In this document: positions 10,320 to 20,678 of the stretch, in pieces
Layout: every line of letters starts with the position of its first letter
Position numbering within the stretch: position 1 is the stretch's first letter
Origin: Prevotellaceae bacterium
Lineage (GTDB): Bacteria > Bacteroidota > Bacteroidia > Bacteroidales > Bacteroidaceae
Assembly (NCBI GenBank): GCA_015257125.1
Contig: JABZKU010000009.1
Location: 10,473-74,472, forward strand
Length of the DNA: 64,000 nucleotides
Reading direction: 5' to 3'
The notes under the pieces: model-generated
Told to the model about the DNA's origin: nothing
What the model saw: only the letters and a program-made list of their open reading frames with translations
The model's database searches: none
Translations under genes and position numbers: made by a program

Positions 10320-11657
10320 TCAAATCACGCCTTGCGCCATCATGGCCTTGGCCACCTTCATGAAACCGGCCACGTTCGCACCGCGCACATAGTTCACATA
10401 ACCGTCGGCCTCAGTGCCGTATTGCACACAAGCCGCGTGGATGCTTTCCATGATTTGGTGCAAACGGCCGTCGACTTCATCGGCCGTCCACGAAAGGCGC
10501 GCCGAGTTCTGGCTCATCTCGAGACCCGACACCGAAACACCGCCGGCATTCGCCGCCTTGCCGGGCGCATAGAGGATGCGCGCGGACTGGAAAAGGCGAA
10601 CCGCCTCGGGCGTGCAGGGCATGTTGGCGCCTTCGCTCACGGCCATCACGCCGTTGTCGAGCAGCATTTGTGCGTGTTCGCCGTTCAGCTCGTTTTGCGT
10701 GGCCGAAGGCAGGGCGATGTCGGCCTTGATGCTCCAAGGTTTCTGCCCCTCGAAGTATTGTGCCGTGGGATATTCCTCGGCATATTCGCGAATGCGGCCA
10801 CGGTAGAGATTCTTCAGCTCCATGATGTAGTCGAGTTTCGCGCGATCGATGCCGTCGGGATCGTAGACAAAGCCATCACTGTCGGACATGGTGAGCACCT
10901 TACCGCCCAATTCGAGTACCTTCTCGGCCGTGTATTGCGCCACATTGCCCGAACCGGAGATGAGCACCGTCTTGCCTTGCAAATCGGTGCCGCGGGTGCG
11001 GAGCATTTCCATCAAGAAATAGACATTACCATAGCCCGTTGCTTCGGGACGAATGAGGCTTCCGCCGAATTCACGGCCTTTGCCGGTGAGCACGCCCGTG
11101 AATTGGCGCGTATATTTCTTATAGGCACCGAACATATAGCCCACTTCGCGGCCACCCACGCCGATGTCGCCGGCGGGCACGTCGCAATCCTCGCCGATGT
11201 TGCGGTGCAATTCGAGCATGAAGGCTTGGCAGAAGCGCATCACCTCGGCGGCACTCTTACCGCGGGGCGAAAAGTCGGAACCGCCCTTCGCGCCGCCCAT
11301 GGGAAGCGTGGTCAATGCGTTTTTGAACGTCTGTTCGAAAGCCAAGAACTTGAGAATACCCAAGTTGACGGAGCTGTGGAAACGAATACCGCCCTTGTAG
11401 GGGCCGATGGCGTTGTTGTGTTGCACGCGATAGCCCATGTTGGTGCGCACATTGCCGCGGTCGTCGGTCCACGTCACGCGGAAAGTGTGGATGCGCTCGG
11501 GGATGCACAGGCGCTCCATGAGGTTGACTTTCTCAAACTCGGGGTGTTTGTTGTATTCCTCTTCGAGGGTGAAGAGCACTTCTTCCACCGCTTGGTGGTA
11601 CTCGGGCTCGTTGGGAAAACGGGCTTTCAGCGTTTCGAGCAGTTCTTTGGCGTTCAT
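10320..11657 (-). CDS. gdhA: NADP-specific glutamate dehydrogenase
   Basis: MNAKELLETLKARFPNEPEYHQAVEEV..., a GGAKGGSDFSPRGKS dinucleotide/substrate motif, and hexameric GDH family length (445 aa from the ATG at 11657). Confidence 0.9.
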   Translation of the reverse strand: MNAKELLETLKARFPNEPEYHQAVEEVLFTLEEEYNKHPEFEKVNLMERLCIPERIHTFRVTWTDDRGNVRTNMGYRVQHNNAIGPYKGGIRFHSSVNLGILKFLAFEQTFKNALTTLPMGGAKGGSDFSPRGKSAAEVMRFCQAFMLELHRNIGEDCDVPAGDIGVGGREVGYMFGAYKKYTRQFTGVLTGKGREFGGSLIRPEATGYGNVYFLMEMLRTRGTDLQGKTVLISGSGNVAQYTAEKVLELGGKVLTMSDSDGFVYDPDGIDRAKLDYIMELKNLYRGRIREYAEEYPTAQYFEGQKPWSIKADIALPSATQNELNGEHAQMLLDNGVMAVSEGANMPCTPEAVRLFQSARILYAPGKAANAGGVSVSGLEMSQNSARLSWTADEVDGRLHQIMESIHAACVQYGTEADGYVNYVRGANVAGFMKVAKAMMAQGVI

Positions 11658-11921
11658 GAGGGGGATTAGTATTTGAATGTAAAGAAATACGGAGCTTTTA
11701 TCGAATATATGAGGCAAAATTACTCAAACTCATGGACACCTGCAAAGCCACGCGGCAAAAAACAGAAAAAAGTTGTGGACTTTTTCTCTATCGACGCGAA
11801 AAAAAGGGCTTTGCCGTGTGGCGAATTAAAAAGAGAATGACTACCTTTGCTCTGTGTCACAGCACAAAAGACACACTCCACTGAATGAACATTCATTTCA
11901 CTTACATAAATCCCAAAGAAA

Positions 11922-12914
11922 ATGGCTTTTTTGACTAACGAAAAACTCGTGATCGTCGGTGCCGCCGGCATGATCGGCTCCAACATGGTGCAGAGCGCCC
12001 TGATGATGGGTCTCACTTCCAACATTTGCCTCTACGATGTATTCTCGCCCGAAGGTGTGGCAGAAGAAATGCGTCAGTGCGGTTTCAACGACGCGAAGAT
12101 CACGGCTACCACCGACGTGGCCGAGGCCTTCAAAGACGCCAAATACATCATCTCGTCCGGCGGTGCGCCCCGTAAGGAAGGCATGACCCGCGAAGACCTC
12201 CTCGCCGGCAACTGCAAAATCGCCGAAGAACTCGGTAAAAACATCAAGCAGTACTGCCCCGACGTGAAGCACGTGGTGATTATCTTCAACCCTGCCGACC
12301 TCACCGGCCTCGTTACGCTCCTCTACTCCGGTTTGAAGCCCGGACAGGTGACGACCCTCGCCGCGCTCGACTCCACTCGTCTGCAAAGCGCCCTCGCCAA
12401 GAAGTTCGGCGTGATGCAAAACGAAGTGAAGGGCTGCGCCACTTACGGTGGTCACGGCGAACAAATGGCCGTATTCGGCAGCGCGGTTGAAATTGCCGGC
12501 CGCAAACTCTCTGACCTCATCGGCACTGCCGAATTCCCCGAGGAAGAATGGGCACAAATGCGCAAGGACGTGACGCAAGGTGGCGCTGCCATCATCAAGC
12601 TCCGTGGCCGCAGCTCGTTCCAAAGCCCCTCGTACCTCTCGGTTGAGATGATTCGCTCGGTGATGGGCGGCGAACCCTTCCGCTACCCCGCCGGTACTTA
12701 CGTGAAGAACGAAAAGTATCAGCACATCATGATGGCAATGGACACCACCCTCGACGCCAACGGCTGCTCCTACAAGGAACCCGTCGGCACGCCTGAGGAA
12801 GTGGCTGCACTCGACGCCAGCTACGCTCACCTCTGCAAGATGCGCGATGAGCTCGTTACGCTCAACATCGTGCCTCCCGTGGCAGAGTGGAACAAGATCA
12901 ACCCCAACCTCTAA
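11922..12914 (+). CDS. mdh: malate dehydrogenase (LDH/MDH superfamily)
   Basis: VIVGAAGMIGSNM Rossmann motif and SGGAPRKEGMTREDLL substrate loop. 330 aa. Confidence 0.7.
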   Translation: MAFLTNEKLVIVGAAGMIGSNMVQSALMMGLTSNICLYDVFSPEGVAEEMRQCGFNDAKITATTDVAEAFKDAKYIISSGGAPRKEGMTREDLLAGNCKIAEELGKNIKQYCPDVKHVVIIFNPADLTGLVTLLYSGLKPGQVTTLAALDSTRLQSALAKKFGVMQNEVKGCATYGGHGEQMAVFGSAVEIAGRKLSDLIGTAEFPEEEWAQMRKDVTQGGAAIIKLRGRSSFQSPSYLSVEMIRSVMGGEPFRYPAGTYVKNEKYQHIMMAMDTTLDANGCSYKEPVGTPEEVAALDASYAHLCKMRDELVTLNIVPPVAEWNKINPNL

Positions 12915-13149
12915 TCGCCCCGGGCTGATCGACCCCAACACGCGGCGCTCCTCCTTTGCGGAGGGGCGCCGCTTTTTTGTTGCCCCACGCTTTTCGCCCG
13001 CTCACAACGAGGGAAACAAAAACAAACGCGCCTCCTGTCGCCCCTAAGCCGCCAACAGCACAACCGGAACTACCGGCTTTTTCGCACACTGCCACGCCTT
13101 CGCATCGAGGCACAAGTTGGGCGCGCTGAAAATGGACAACTTTTGCCAC

Positions 13150-13195
13150 AAAGTGGGGGACTTTCATCGAAAAAGTCCCCACTTTTCTTTCTCAT
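13150..13195 (+). terminator. hairpin + T-tract (candidate terminator, also a variant of the dispersed AAAGTCC repeat)
   Basis: aaagtgggggacttt / aaagtccccacttt inverted repeat (14-15 bp stem) followed by tctttctc. Confidence 0.4.
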
Positions 13196-13662
13196 CGCTC
13201 AAGAAAAATTTGCATCTTGACAATTGCCGTGCTAAAAAACTTATGCCGACAGAAAAAACGGGCGACACACTTCCCTTTCGCGCCCACCCCGTCGCACCAC
13301 ATCACTCCTCAAGAAGAATCGTCGAGCAAGATTTGCATACATCGCGCTTTTCGTCCTGCGAAACAGCCCGAAAATCACAAGATGATGGAAAGCAAGGCAC
13401 CGGCTACCGCCGAGAACGACTGCCGAATTGCACAAAACGCGCAGAAGGTCGGAAGTACCTATCGGAAACAGCCAACTTCGGATGAGTGCGTGGAGGTGAG
13501 TTATTTAACCCCATCGGAGCGGTTTCGGAAAACCTCTTCTTTGGACACGTTGCAGACGAAGTAAAATATAAAAATTGCCTATTCTGCCTAACAAAACACA
13601 CATAAAACATAATCGTTGAAAGATCGCTCGCAGAAAATCCCACAAATATCGCCGCAATCTCG

Positions 13663-13670
13663 TATTTTTG
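13663..13670 (+). promoter_or_regulatory. candidate Bacteroidota sigma-A -7 box (TATTTTTG) upstream of giant gene 1
   Basis: Matches TAnnTTTG about 125 nt upstream of the ATG at 13796. No clear -33 TTTG. Confidence 0.3.
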
Positions 13671-13795
13671 TAACGAAATGTAGCCATACGAAAGTAGTCG
13701 CATGCGATATGAATCGCCATTGCGGCTCCTTTTGAATGAAGATGAACAGACGCACTTTCAAGGACTATAGCAACAAATTTCAATTTATCAGCAAT

Positions 13796-16700
13796 ATGCA
13801 AAGTACAAGTACCTCTAAGCAGTGGTTCTTCGGACTGTGTTGCACATTGTTGTTGTTATGCGCAAGCGCTCTCCCGTCGGCAGGACAAAACTGTCCGAAC
13901 TTCGGGTGGAACGACTTCACCAAGTCGATTGTGCAGCCCAACTTGGACTGCAACAAGCCGGGCGAGGTGACGATACGCTACAGCAACAACGTCGTCGGCG
14001 TCGACGAGGTGCACTATCAGTTCGGATCCGGAACCAGCGGCCCTTGGTTTCACGAAGTCGATGCCGCCGCGCCGGGATCGACCGTGAAGGCCGAAATCCC
14101 TACATCGATGAGCGGAAAATCGCTCTTTGTGCGCGTGACGACCAAGTGTGGCACCGACACCCGTTCCAATGTGTGGAACATGGGCAACATCATTGCTCAA
14201 AAGACGGAAACCATCACCCTACAAGGCTCGAGCACACCGGCCGGTAGCGGTACGGGGTCGAGTGGTGGTATCACCGTGTGGCTCAATGGCCCCTCGGGAA
14301 TCACAGAGGCCACCTTCAAGCTCTACAAGTGGCACGGCACTGCGGTGCTGGCCAGCCAACGCAGCACGCGCCCGTATGAGGGGGTGACGTTCTTCAATTT
14401 GGAGAAAGGCGACTACGAAGTGAAAGTAGAAGCCAAGCCGGCTTGTACCCCCACCACAACGGCTTCCAACTGGGACACGGATCACTTCAACCTCTCGAAG
14501 GTGATCTACGTCGGCTCATTTAATTTGCAGGTTACTTCTATCCCTGCACGCGGTACCTGTACCGGTGGTGTGAAAGTTGAGCCTTCGAAAGTGACGGGTG
14601 TGCAACAAATGGAGTACGTCCTCACCACACAGGCTGATCGCAACACCCCTATTCAAGCCTTTACGGCCAACTATCCTAATTTTGCCCACACCTTTACGGG
14701 CTTGCCGGCCGGACAATACACCGTGCGTGCGACAGAAAAGACCGGCAACAGCCAAGTGAGTTCGAACTTCAACGTAGGCAACCAAAATGCTTCGCCCGCT
14801 GTCACGGTCAACCACCACACTCTCCGTGGAGTGGCTGAAGGTGAGGTGAATATTCGCCTGGACAACACCACCGAGGCATGTCCGGCCAAACTGACCCTCA
14901 CGCGCGACAACACGACTTCGGGGTTGCCCTTCACCACGATGGTGAAGAACAACATCACCGAAGAAAACACGCTGTTCGAGGGACTTACCGAGGGTAACTA
15001 CACGATCACAGCCGAATATGGAGGTCAATCGTTCTCGGCGAAATTCGGTATCGCTCATTCGACCATGGGCTACTTGTACAACCGCGGCGTAACGCAGGCG
15101 AACAGCATCTGCGACCCTTCGGGTAGTGCCAACTGGTTGTTGTCGGGTGGTTTCTACTACAATCCGCTGGAAGTGAAGATCGTGGATCGCAACACGCAGA
15201 ACCTCGTTCGTAAATTCACACTTCCGGCAGGACAGACGTATTTCGAAACGAAGGGACTCTTCCCCGGCGACTACACGCTCACCGTGGGGTACGAAGCGGC
15301 GAACCAATTTACGACGTCTAATTTCTCGATTGCCCCGAAAGACAACGTACAGGGATACCTGAGTTTCGCGCTGGACGAGCCCACAGAATTTTGCGGCGAC
15401 CAACCGATGGCAAAAATCGCGGTGAACTTCATTGGTGCTGGTGGCATTGAAAACTACCCGGGCACACAAAAGTTCATGAACGGCGCCACTTTCGAAATCT
15501 ATGACGCCGAAGGCAACTTCTTGTACTCGGGCAACATGCCGCAACTGACGGGCAATGCGAAATCGACTATTGAAAGTCCCTTTGCCCCCAACAGAGGCCA
15601 AATCAAGGTGAAGCCGACTTGCGGTTACCCGATTCTCACTTACACGCTCTCCAGCATCAATGGAATGAAGGGAGCTTACCTCTTCAGCCCTGATTTCACC
15701 TATCGTGGCTGCGGAAGCCGCGGAACAAACGTGGATCTTCGCGTGCTGGACACCAAGAACAACGTGGTACCCCTCATTACCTACACGGTGAAGAAGAAAA
15801 CCGGGGAACTCATCGGCACCTACGAAATGAAGGAGGGGGTGAATACCGCCATCTTTGCCAACATGGAACCCGGTGACTACGACGTGGAATGGTATCCGCA
15901 ATGTAAGCCCGACCAGAAGCACCAAGAAACCTTCCGTGTGGAAGACAAGGTGAACGAAACAAGACGTGAAATTAGAGGAGCAGTCTGTGAAGATCAAGGT
16001 TATATTCGCATTGACTTCACCAGTTTCCGCAACATCAACGGCTGGCGCTACGAACTGATTCGAAAGAACGACAATAAACTGATGCGCGTCTATGGTAGTG
16101 TCAACAGCACTGTAGTTTCATTCGAACGCGTACCGGCCGGCGATTATATCGTGAAAGCCATTCCCATTGTGGAGTGTGGTGATATTACGCCCGGTGAATT
16201 TGAAGTCACTGTGCCTGCCATTACCGCCGGATCAGAAATCAGCGACCCTATCTACCTTTGGACTCGCGACGCCGATGCATTGCCTTTCCAATATGTGGGT
16301 AAGGTACGCTACTACACGCGTCTTCCATATAGTTATGTCAAATGGCGTGTGCTGGATGTGTCCACGAATGCCGAAATCAAGAAGGGCGAAGTGCATCCGG
16401 TGGCCAACAACACGGGCACCTTCCCCATCGTCGTAGAGGGATTGCCCCACACTTACAAAATTGAATTTGAGACCCCTTGCGGAACATACACACGCATCGA
16501 CTCGCTCAATTTGGCCAACCGCAAGCAATTGCCGGGCTTTGAACTAACCACCATTGCCGGTAACACCGAGTGCAACACAACGCCTTCGCTCACGGTGAAG
16601 TCGCGCCTGAAAGCGGCCGGGCTTCCCGACAAGGCCTCGAGAATCCAACTCTACAAGTACGTCGATAAGGGAGATGGCTACAAATGGCACTTTGACCAAG

Positions 16701-19700
16701 AGGTGGCGGATGCCAATGCGATCATCGAAACCAAGACCTTTGAGAACTTGGATCCCGGTATTCAATATTATGTGAACTACTTCTACGACGGAACGAGTGA
16801 CCGACAGCAGATTGGTATCCCCGGCAACGCAGGTACCATGTCAGTACCTGTGTATACGTCGAGCTTCAGCCCGAAGGGCACGGCCATCCTCACAGTGAAT
16901 CCCTACGCGGGGACTCCCGGTTCGACAATGGAGGTCGTGGTGACAGACAATCAGCAGAACGAAATCTTCAATAAGACGGTGTCGGCCACCGAAGCAACGA
17001 AGATCGAGGTGAAAAAGCCTGCCACCGGTTTTACGGTCAAGACCAAAGTGCTCAACGGCTGCTTTAAGGACAAGACGTTCACGTCGTACCTTTATCCTAC
17101 GACGACTCCCGTCTTTAGTTTCGACACGCGCACCAACAGGATGCAGTGTAAGAACGACGGTGAGATCACGATGATTTTGCCCGAGGCTTTCCACGATGTG
17201 GATCAAGTGCACTACACGCTGAAGAAAATAACGGGCACGCAATACACCGACGTGGCTGAAACGACGAAGCCAGCTGAACCGAAGACCTTCATCGGTCTGG
17301 AAGCCGGCACCTATGAGATCTCCGCTCGCGCAACAGTCTTCAAAGATGAGACCGGACAACCGAAGGTGATGGACTTCAAACGCAACGTGCAGCTCACGAC
17401 GCCTTATAGGGACGGTCTTTACGCTACGGTACGTCCGGACTACATGGTATCGACGCGAAGCGAATGCGCCCAAGGACGCATCGGTTTGAACATTGAAAAG
17501 GGATCGGGTAGATATCGCGTCTTCTTGAAGAAAACACCCGACGGTGTATTGCCCGAACCGAAGGAACTCTTCACCGATGGTATCTACTCCTCGATGCGCA
17601 ACAAGTTGTGGGGTGAAAACTTCAAGCCCGGTCACTATGCACTGACGGTGACGGATGGCTGTATGGAACGTGACATTCCCGATGCCGAGATTCTCGAAAT
17701 GCCGAACTTGGCCAGCGCTAGCTTCAACCGTTGGTATATGAACGGCGACAAGCGCATGAAGAAAGAACTCGGAGAAAAGGTTGACTCGTTCTTGTATCAA
17801 GTAAAATTCGACCCCTCTGCTTTCCCCGCCAGCTACCAACAGACGGCATACCGCTCTTATGAAGTGCAAGTCGTGGGTAAGGGGCAGGCTCCCGACGACA
17901 CCCAGTGGAAGAGCAACTGGAATACGCCCAACGATGGCCAAGCCATTCTGGACAACTACTCAAAGCGCTTCAATAACTGTGATGGCGTGGACATCTTGCT
18001 TCGCATGAAGAACTGTCCCGAGACCCTGATCCGCGTTCCGACTACGATCGATGTAATCAACATGTTCTACGGTAGTTGGCAATTGCTGAAGTGTAATACG
18101 GTGCAGTGGATTTTCACCGATGGTGAGATTGGCCATAAGTATCATCTGAAAGTCAAGAACACGACGGACAATGTGGTGGTTTACGAAAAAGACATCACCT
18201 ACACCTCACGCGAACAATACCTCACGCGCGATCCGGAGTTGGAATTCCCCTCTGACAAGAGTTATCACTTAGAGATGACACCGTCAGACTATTGTGGTAA
18301 TCCGGTCTATCACTCTCCCTACAACTTTAACCGCGTGGAACGTATTTACAGATACTCTTTGGACGATGGCCTCATCATGTCGGACTGCGATGGTCGCCGC
18401 TTGGCGATCTATGGCTGGACGGATTGTAAACTGCCGATGAAGTACTTCGTTTATGAAGTGACTGCTACCGGAGAGAATCTTGTTGCGCAAAGTGGTAACT
18501 ATGTTCCGGAAAGATGGTACAGCACCTATAAGTTCCTGAAAGATCACCGCTACATCATTCGCGTAGTAGAATACGGACAACCCGAAACGACTAAGATTGA
18601 TCTTGTAGACTTCACGCTCAACTATCGTTTGCCCAGCGGCTACAAAAAGTCTGTTGACTATTTATGGTCTACGCAAACGATGTGTGGCTCGGCTTATGAC
18701 GCTACGAAAAAAGCCTACAACCTGAATGCGCTTCATTGGTTCTTCGGTACGGCGGACTGGACAGGGGTTCCTCCCGTGGAGCAAAAGACCTACGTGACCA
18801 TCCCGAACATGAAGATCGTTGCCACACAAAAAGAGGCACCGCATCGCAAGTTTGTATCCACGAAAGTGAGTCGTTACAATACGACGTATATGAGACACGA
18901 AGCATGGAAGGAAGAACTTGCTGACGGATCACTCATCGACGCGGCTTATGCTCCGGAAGGTAAATACACCGTGGTGGCTCAAACGGATGGCTGCGGCGAG
19001 ATCAACTTGGGAGACGAGTACTTGGGACGCCCGACGATCGATCTCTCGGCTTCGACCGTAACTTCGGCTTGTGATGGTAAGTTTACGGTTACGCCGAAGG
19101 GCACAATCACTTACCATGGTAGCACCGAAGAAGCGGAAATTACTTCGTTCTACGTTCAAGGTGATAACGCCAATACGACTCGCAACTGGGGTCAATCCTT
19201 CGATACTTACCAACGCCTATTCACGCTGGTGGTTAACATGAAGCGCAAGAGCGACGGTAAGACTTGTACGACGACTTGGCCTTTCTCGATGAGCAACTAC
19301 GTGCTCGACTTTGACCAGTCTCAGAGCTTGAGTATGTTCTGCACCGACTCGGGTAAGGGTATCATCCACATGGCTCTGAAGGGTGGTAATGCACCTTATA
19401 CTTACAAGTTGATGTCTCTCGACGGTACGGAAATTGCCCGCAAGACTGTGCCCGGTGCCGTGGACTTCGAACATGGTAAGTTGGGTGAACGCTATCGTAT
19501 CACGGCTACCGATGCCTGCGGATTGACTTGGATTCACCAAGATGTGTTGCTGCAAGACCCTGCTGCAATTTCATCTTCGATGACTATCGAGACATCCTTC
19601 TGTGCCGGTGATCGGGCTAAACTTGCTGCCCGTGAATTTCCTGGTGCAACATACTTATGGCACTTGCCCGATGGTTCGACAAAAGCCGGCCGCGTAATTG

Positions 19701-20431
19701 AGTTCGAAGCCAAAACAGCGAATGCCGGTGAGTTTATCGTTGATATCCATCTGACAACTTGTACGGTAACGCTGTATGGTAAGCACACGGTTGGTATTGC
19801 AAGTATTAAAGAAGCCAGTGGTTTGATCCTCACACAACAAGCTTGCGCGGGTGAACCGGTTGCTTTCAATCTTGATCCTGCAAGCGCAACCATCGACGGT
19901 GAGAAAGCCGATGCGGATGAAATTGAATATCAGTGGGAACGTACTGCTACACCGGACGATGAGTCTACTTGGACTCCGATTCGCAATGCAACGGAACAGA
20001 ACCTGACATACAATGCCGCTGCCCCGGGTGTTTACTATGTTCGCCGTACGGCAAAAATCGGCGACTGTAAGGCGATCAGTGACCAATCAAAGTTGACGGT
20101 TATTGCGGGTATTAATGTCGCTATGACTCCGGATGAGCAGTCAAGAACGATCAATGATAAGAATCCCTTCACGCTCACGGCCGGTATTGTAACGGGTAAT
20201 CCGAATCGCACTTACCAATGGCAACGCAGTGCCGACAAGAAGCATTGGGTGAACATCGGTACAGATGAAACCTTCACCGAAACGAAGCGTTTTGGTAACA
20301 CGGTTTACTACCGTCGAATTGTTTCTGCCGGTGCATGTAGCATCGAAGGTCAACCGATCACGGTTCGTTTCAAGAAGCGTTGGCCGGCTTACATCAACCC
20401 GCAGGTTCGTCAGCGTACGCTCGATGATTAA
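13796..20431 (+). CDS. giant secreted cysteine-patterned repeat protein with SprB-like repeats (2211 aa from ATG 13796)
   Basis: N-terminal signal peptide (KQWFFGLCCTLLLLCASALPSAGQ), then ~20 repeated ~90-100 aa modules. Each module has a conserved Cys and a GG..Y.Y motif (e.g. CTDSGKGIIHMALKGGNAPYTYKL) resembling Pfam SprB repeats. It is a paralog of the minus-strand gene at 22077..28685. No recognisable T9SS type A/B CTD. Confidence 0.8.
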   Translation: MQSTSTSKQWFFGLCCTLLLLCASALPSAGQNCPNFGWNDFTKSIVQPNLDCNKPGEVTIRYSNNVVGVDEVHYQFGSGTSGPWFHEVDAAAPGSTVKAEIPTSMSGKSLFVRVTTKCGTDTRSNVWNMGNIIAQKTETITLQGSSTPAGSGTGSSGGITVWLNGPSGITEATFKLYKWHGTAVLASQRSTRPYEGVTFFNLEKGDYEVKVEAKPACTPTTTASNWDTDHFNLSKVIYVGSFNLQVTSIPARGTCTGGVKVEPSKVTGVQQMEYVLTTQADRNTPIQAFTANYPNFAHTFTGLPAGQYTVRATEKTGNSQVSSNFNVGNQNASPAVTVNHHTLRGVAEGEVNIRLDNTTEACPAKLTLTRDNTTSGLPFTTMVKNNITEENTLFEGLTEGNYTITAEYGGQSFSAKFGIAHSTMGYLYNRGVTQANSICDPSGSANWLLSGGFYYNPLEVKIVDRNTQNLVRKFTLPAGQTYFETKGLFPGDYTLTVGYEAANQFTTSNFSIAPKDNVQGYLSFALDEPTEFCGDQPMAKIAVNFIGAGGIENYPGTQKFMNGATFEIYDAEGNFLYSGNMPQLTGNAKSTIESPFAPNRGQIKVKPTCGYPILTYTLSSINGMKGAYLFSPDFTYRGCGSRGTNVDLRVLDTKNNVVPLITYTVKKKTGELIGTYEMKEGVNTAIFANMEPGDYDVEWYPQCKPDQKHQETFRVEDKVNETRREIRGAVCEDQGYIRIDFTSFRNINGWRYELIRKNDNKLMRVYGSVNSTVVSFERVPAGDYIVKAIPIVECGDITPGEFEVTVPAITAGSEISDPIYLWTRDADALPFQYVGKVRYYTRLPYSYVKWRVLDVSTNAEIKKGEVHPVANNTGTFPIVVEGLPHTYKIEFETPCGTYTRIDSLNLANRKQLPGFELTTIAGNTECNTTPSLTVKSRLKAAGLPDKASRIQLYKYVDKGDGYKWHFDQEVADANAIIETKTFENLDPGIQYYVNYFYDGTSDRQQIGIPGNAGTMSVPVYTSSFSPKGTAILTVNPYAGTPGSTMEVVVTDNQQNEIFNKTVSATEATKIEVKKPATGFTVKTKVLNGCFKDKTFTSYLYPTTTPVFSFDTRTNRMQCKNDGEITMILPEAFHDVDQVHYTLKKITGTQYTDVAETTKPAEPKTFIGLEAGTYEISARATVFKDETGQPKVMDFKRNVQLTTPYRDGLYATVRPDYMVSTRSECAQGRIGLNIEKGSGRYRVFLKKTPDGVLPEPKELFTDGIYSSMRNKLWGENFKPGHYALTVTDGCMERDIPDAEILEMPNLASASFNRWYMNGDKRMKKELGEKVDSFLYQVKFDPSAFPASYQQTAYRSYEVQVVGKGQAPDDTQWKSNWNTPNDGQAILDNYSKRFNNCDGVDILLRMKNCPETLIRVPTTIDVINMFYGSWQLLKCNTVQWIFTDGEIGHKYHLKVKNTTDNVVVYEKDITYTSREQYLTRDPELEFPSDKSYHLEMTPSDYCGNPVYHSPYNFNRVERIYRYSLDDGLIMSDCDGRRLAIYGWTDCKLPMKYFVYEVTATGENLVAQSGNYVPERWYSTYKFLKDHRYIIRVVEYGQPETTKIDLVDFTLNYRLPSGYKKSVDYLWSTQTMCGSAYDATKKAYNLNALHWFFGTADWTGVPPVEQKTYVTIPNMKIVATQKEAPHRKFVSTKVSRYNTTYMRHEAWKEELADGSLIDAAYAPEGKYTVVAQTDGCGEINLGDEYLGRPTIDLSASTVTSACDGKFTVTPKGTITYHGSTEEAEITSFYVQGDNANTTRNWGQSFDTYQRLFTLVVNMKRKSDGKTCTTTWPFSMSNYVLDFDQSQSLSMFCTDSGKGIIHMALKGGNAPYTYKLMSLDGTEIARKTVPGAVDFEHGKLGERYRITATDACGLTWIHQDVLLQDPAAISSSMTIETSFCAGDRAKLAAREFPGATYLWHLPDGSTKAGRVIEFEAKTANAGEFIVDIHLTTCTVTLYGKHTVGIASIKEASGLILTQQACAGEPVAFNLDPASATIDGEKADADEIEYQWERTATPDDESTWTPIRNATEQNLTYNAAAPGVYYVRRTAKIGDCKAISDQSKLTVIAGINVAMTPDEQSRTINDKNPFTLTAGIVTGNPNRTYQWQRSADKKHWVNIGTDETFTETKRFGNTVYYRRIVSAGACSIEGQPITVRFKKRWPAYINPQVRQRTLDD

Positions 20432-20571
20432 ACCTTGATTTTCTTCAGAGCAGAAATTACTAGTATTAGATTCTGCTTTGCTGAAAAGGACAAAATAATT
20501 GGCGTCCGTATCAAACGAAAGTTTTGATACGGACGCCTTTGTTTTGTCTATGGATATAGCAGTTCGAAAAA
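19276..20571. repeat. left arm of a ~1.3-kb near-identical inverted repeat (3' end of giant gene 1 plus 3'UTR)
   Basis: The reverse complement matches 21937..23232 almost base for base. About 330 nt were compared by eye with 1 mismatch, and the encoded C-terminal ~385 aa differ at 4 positions. Confidence 0.8.
20501..20546 (+). terminator. intrinsic terminator of giant gene 1
   Basis: ggcgtccgtatcaaa-cgaaagt-tttgatacggacgcc is a perfect 15-bp stem followed by tttgttttg. It is part of the duplicated arm. Confidence 0.65.
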
Positions 20572-20678
20572 GGGTGATACTGTCCCCAAACGTGTGTAAG
20601 CTCGATACTGTCCTATAAAAGTGTGTAAGCTCCAAAGTTCTTATATTTGTGGTGAAATCAAAAATCAAATCAAGAACA

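Noticed and set aside
14516-17941. Minus-strand ORFs of 493 and 366 aa inside giant gene 1, and plus-strand ORFs 22422..25670 inside giant gene 2.
   Set aside because: Antisense to giant genes with continuous repeat-domain structure. No signal or domain features.
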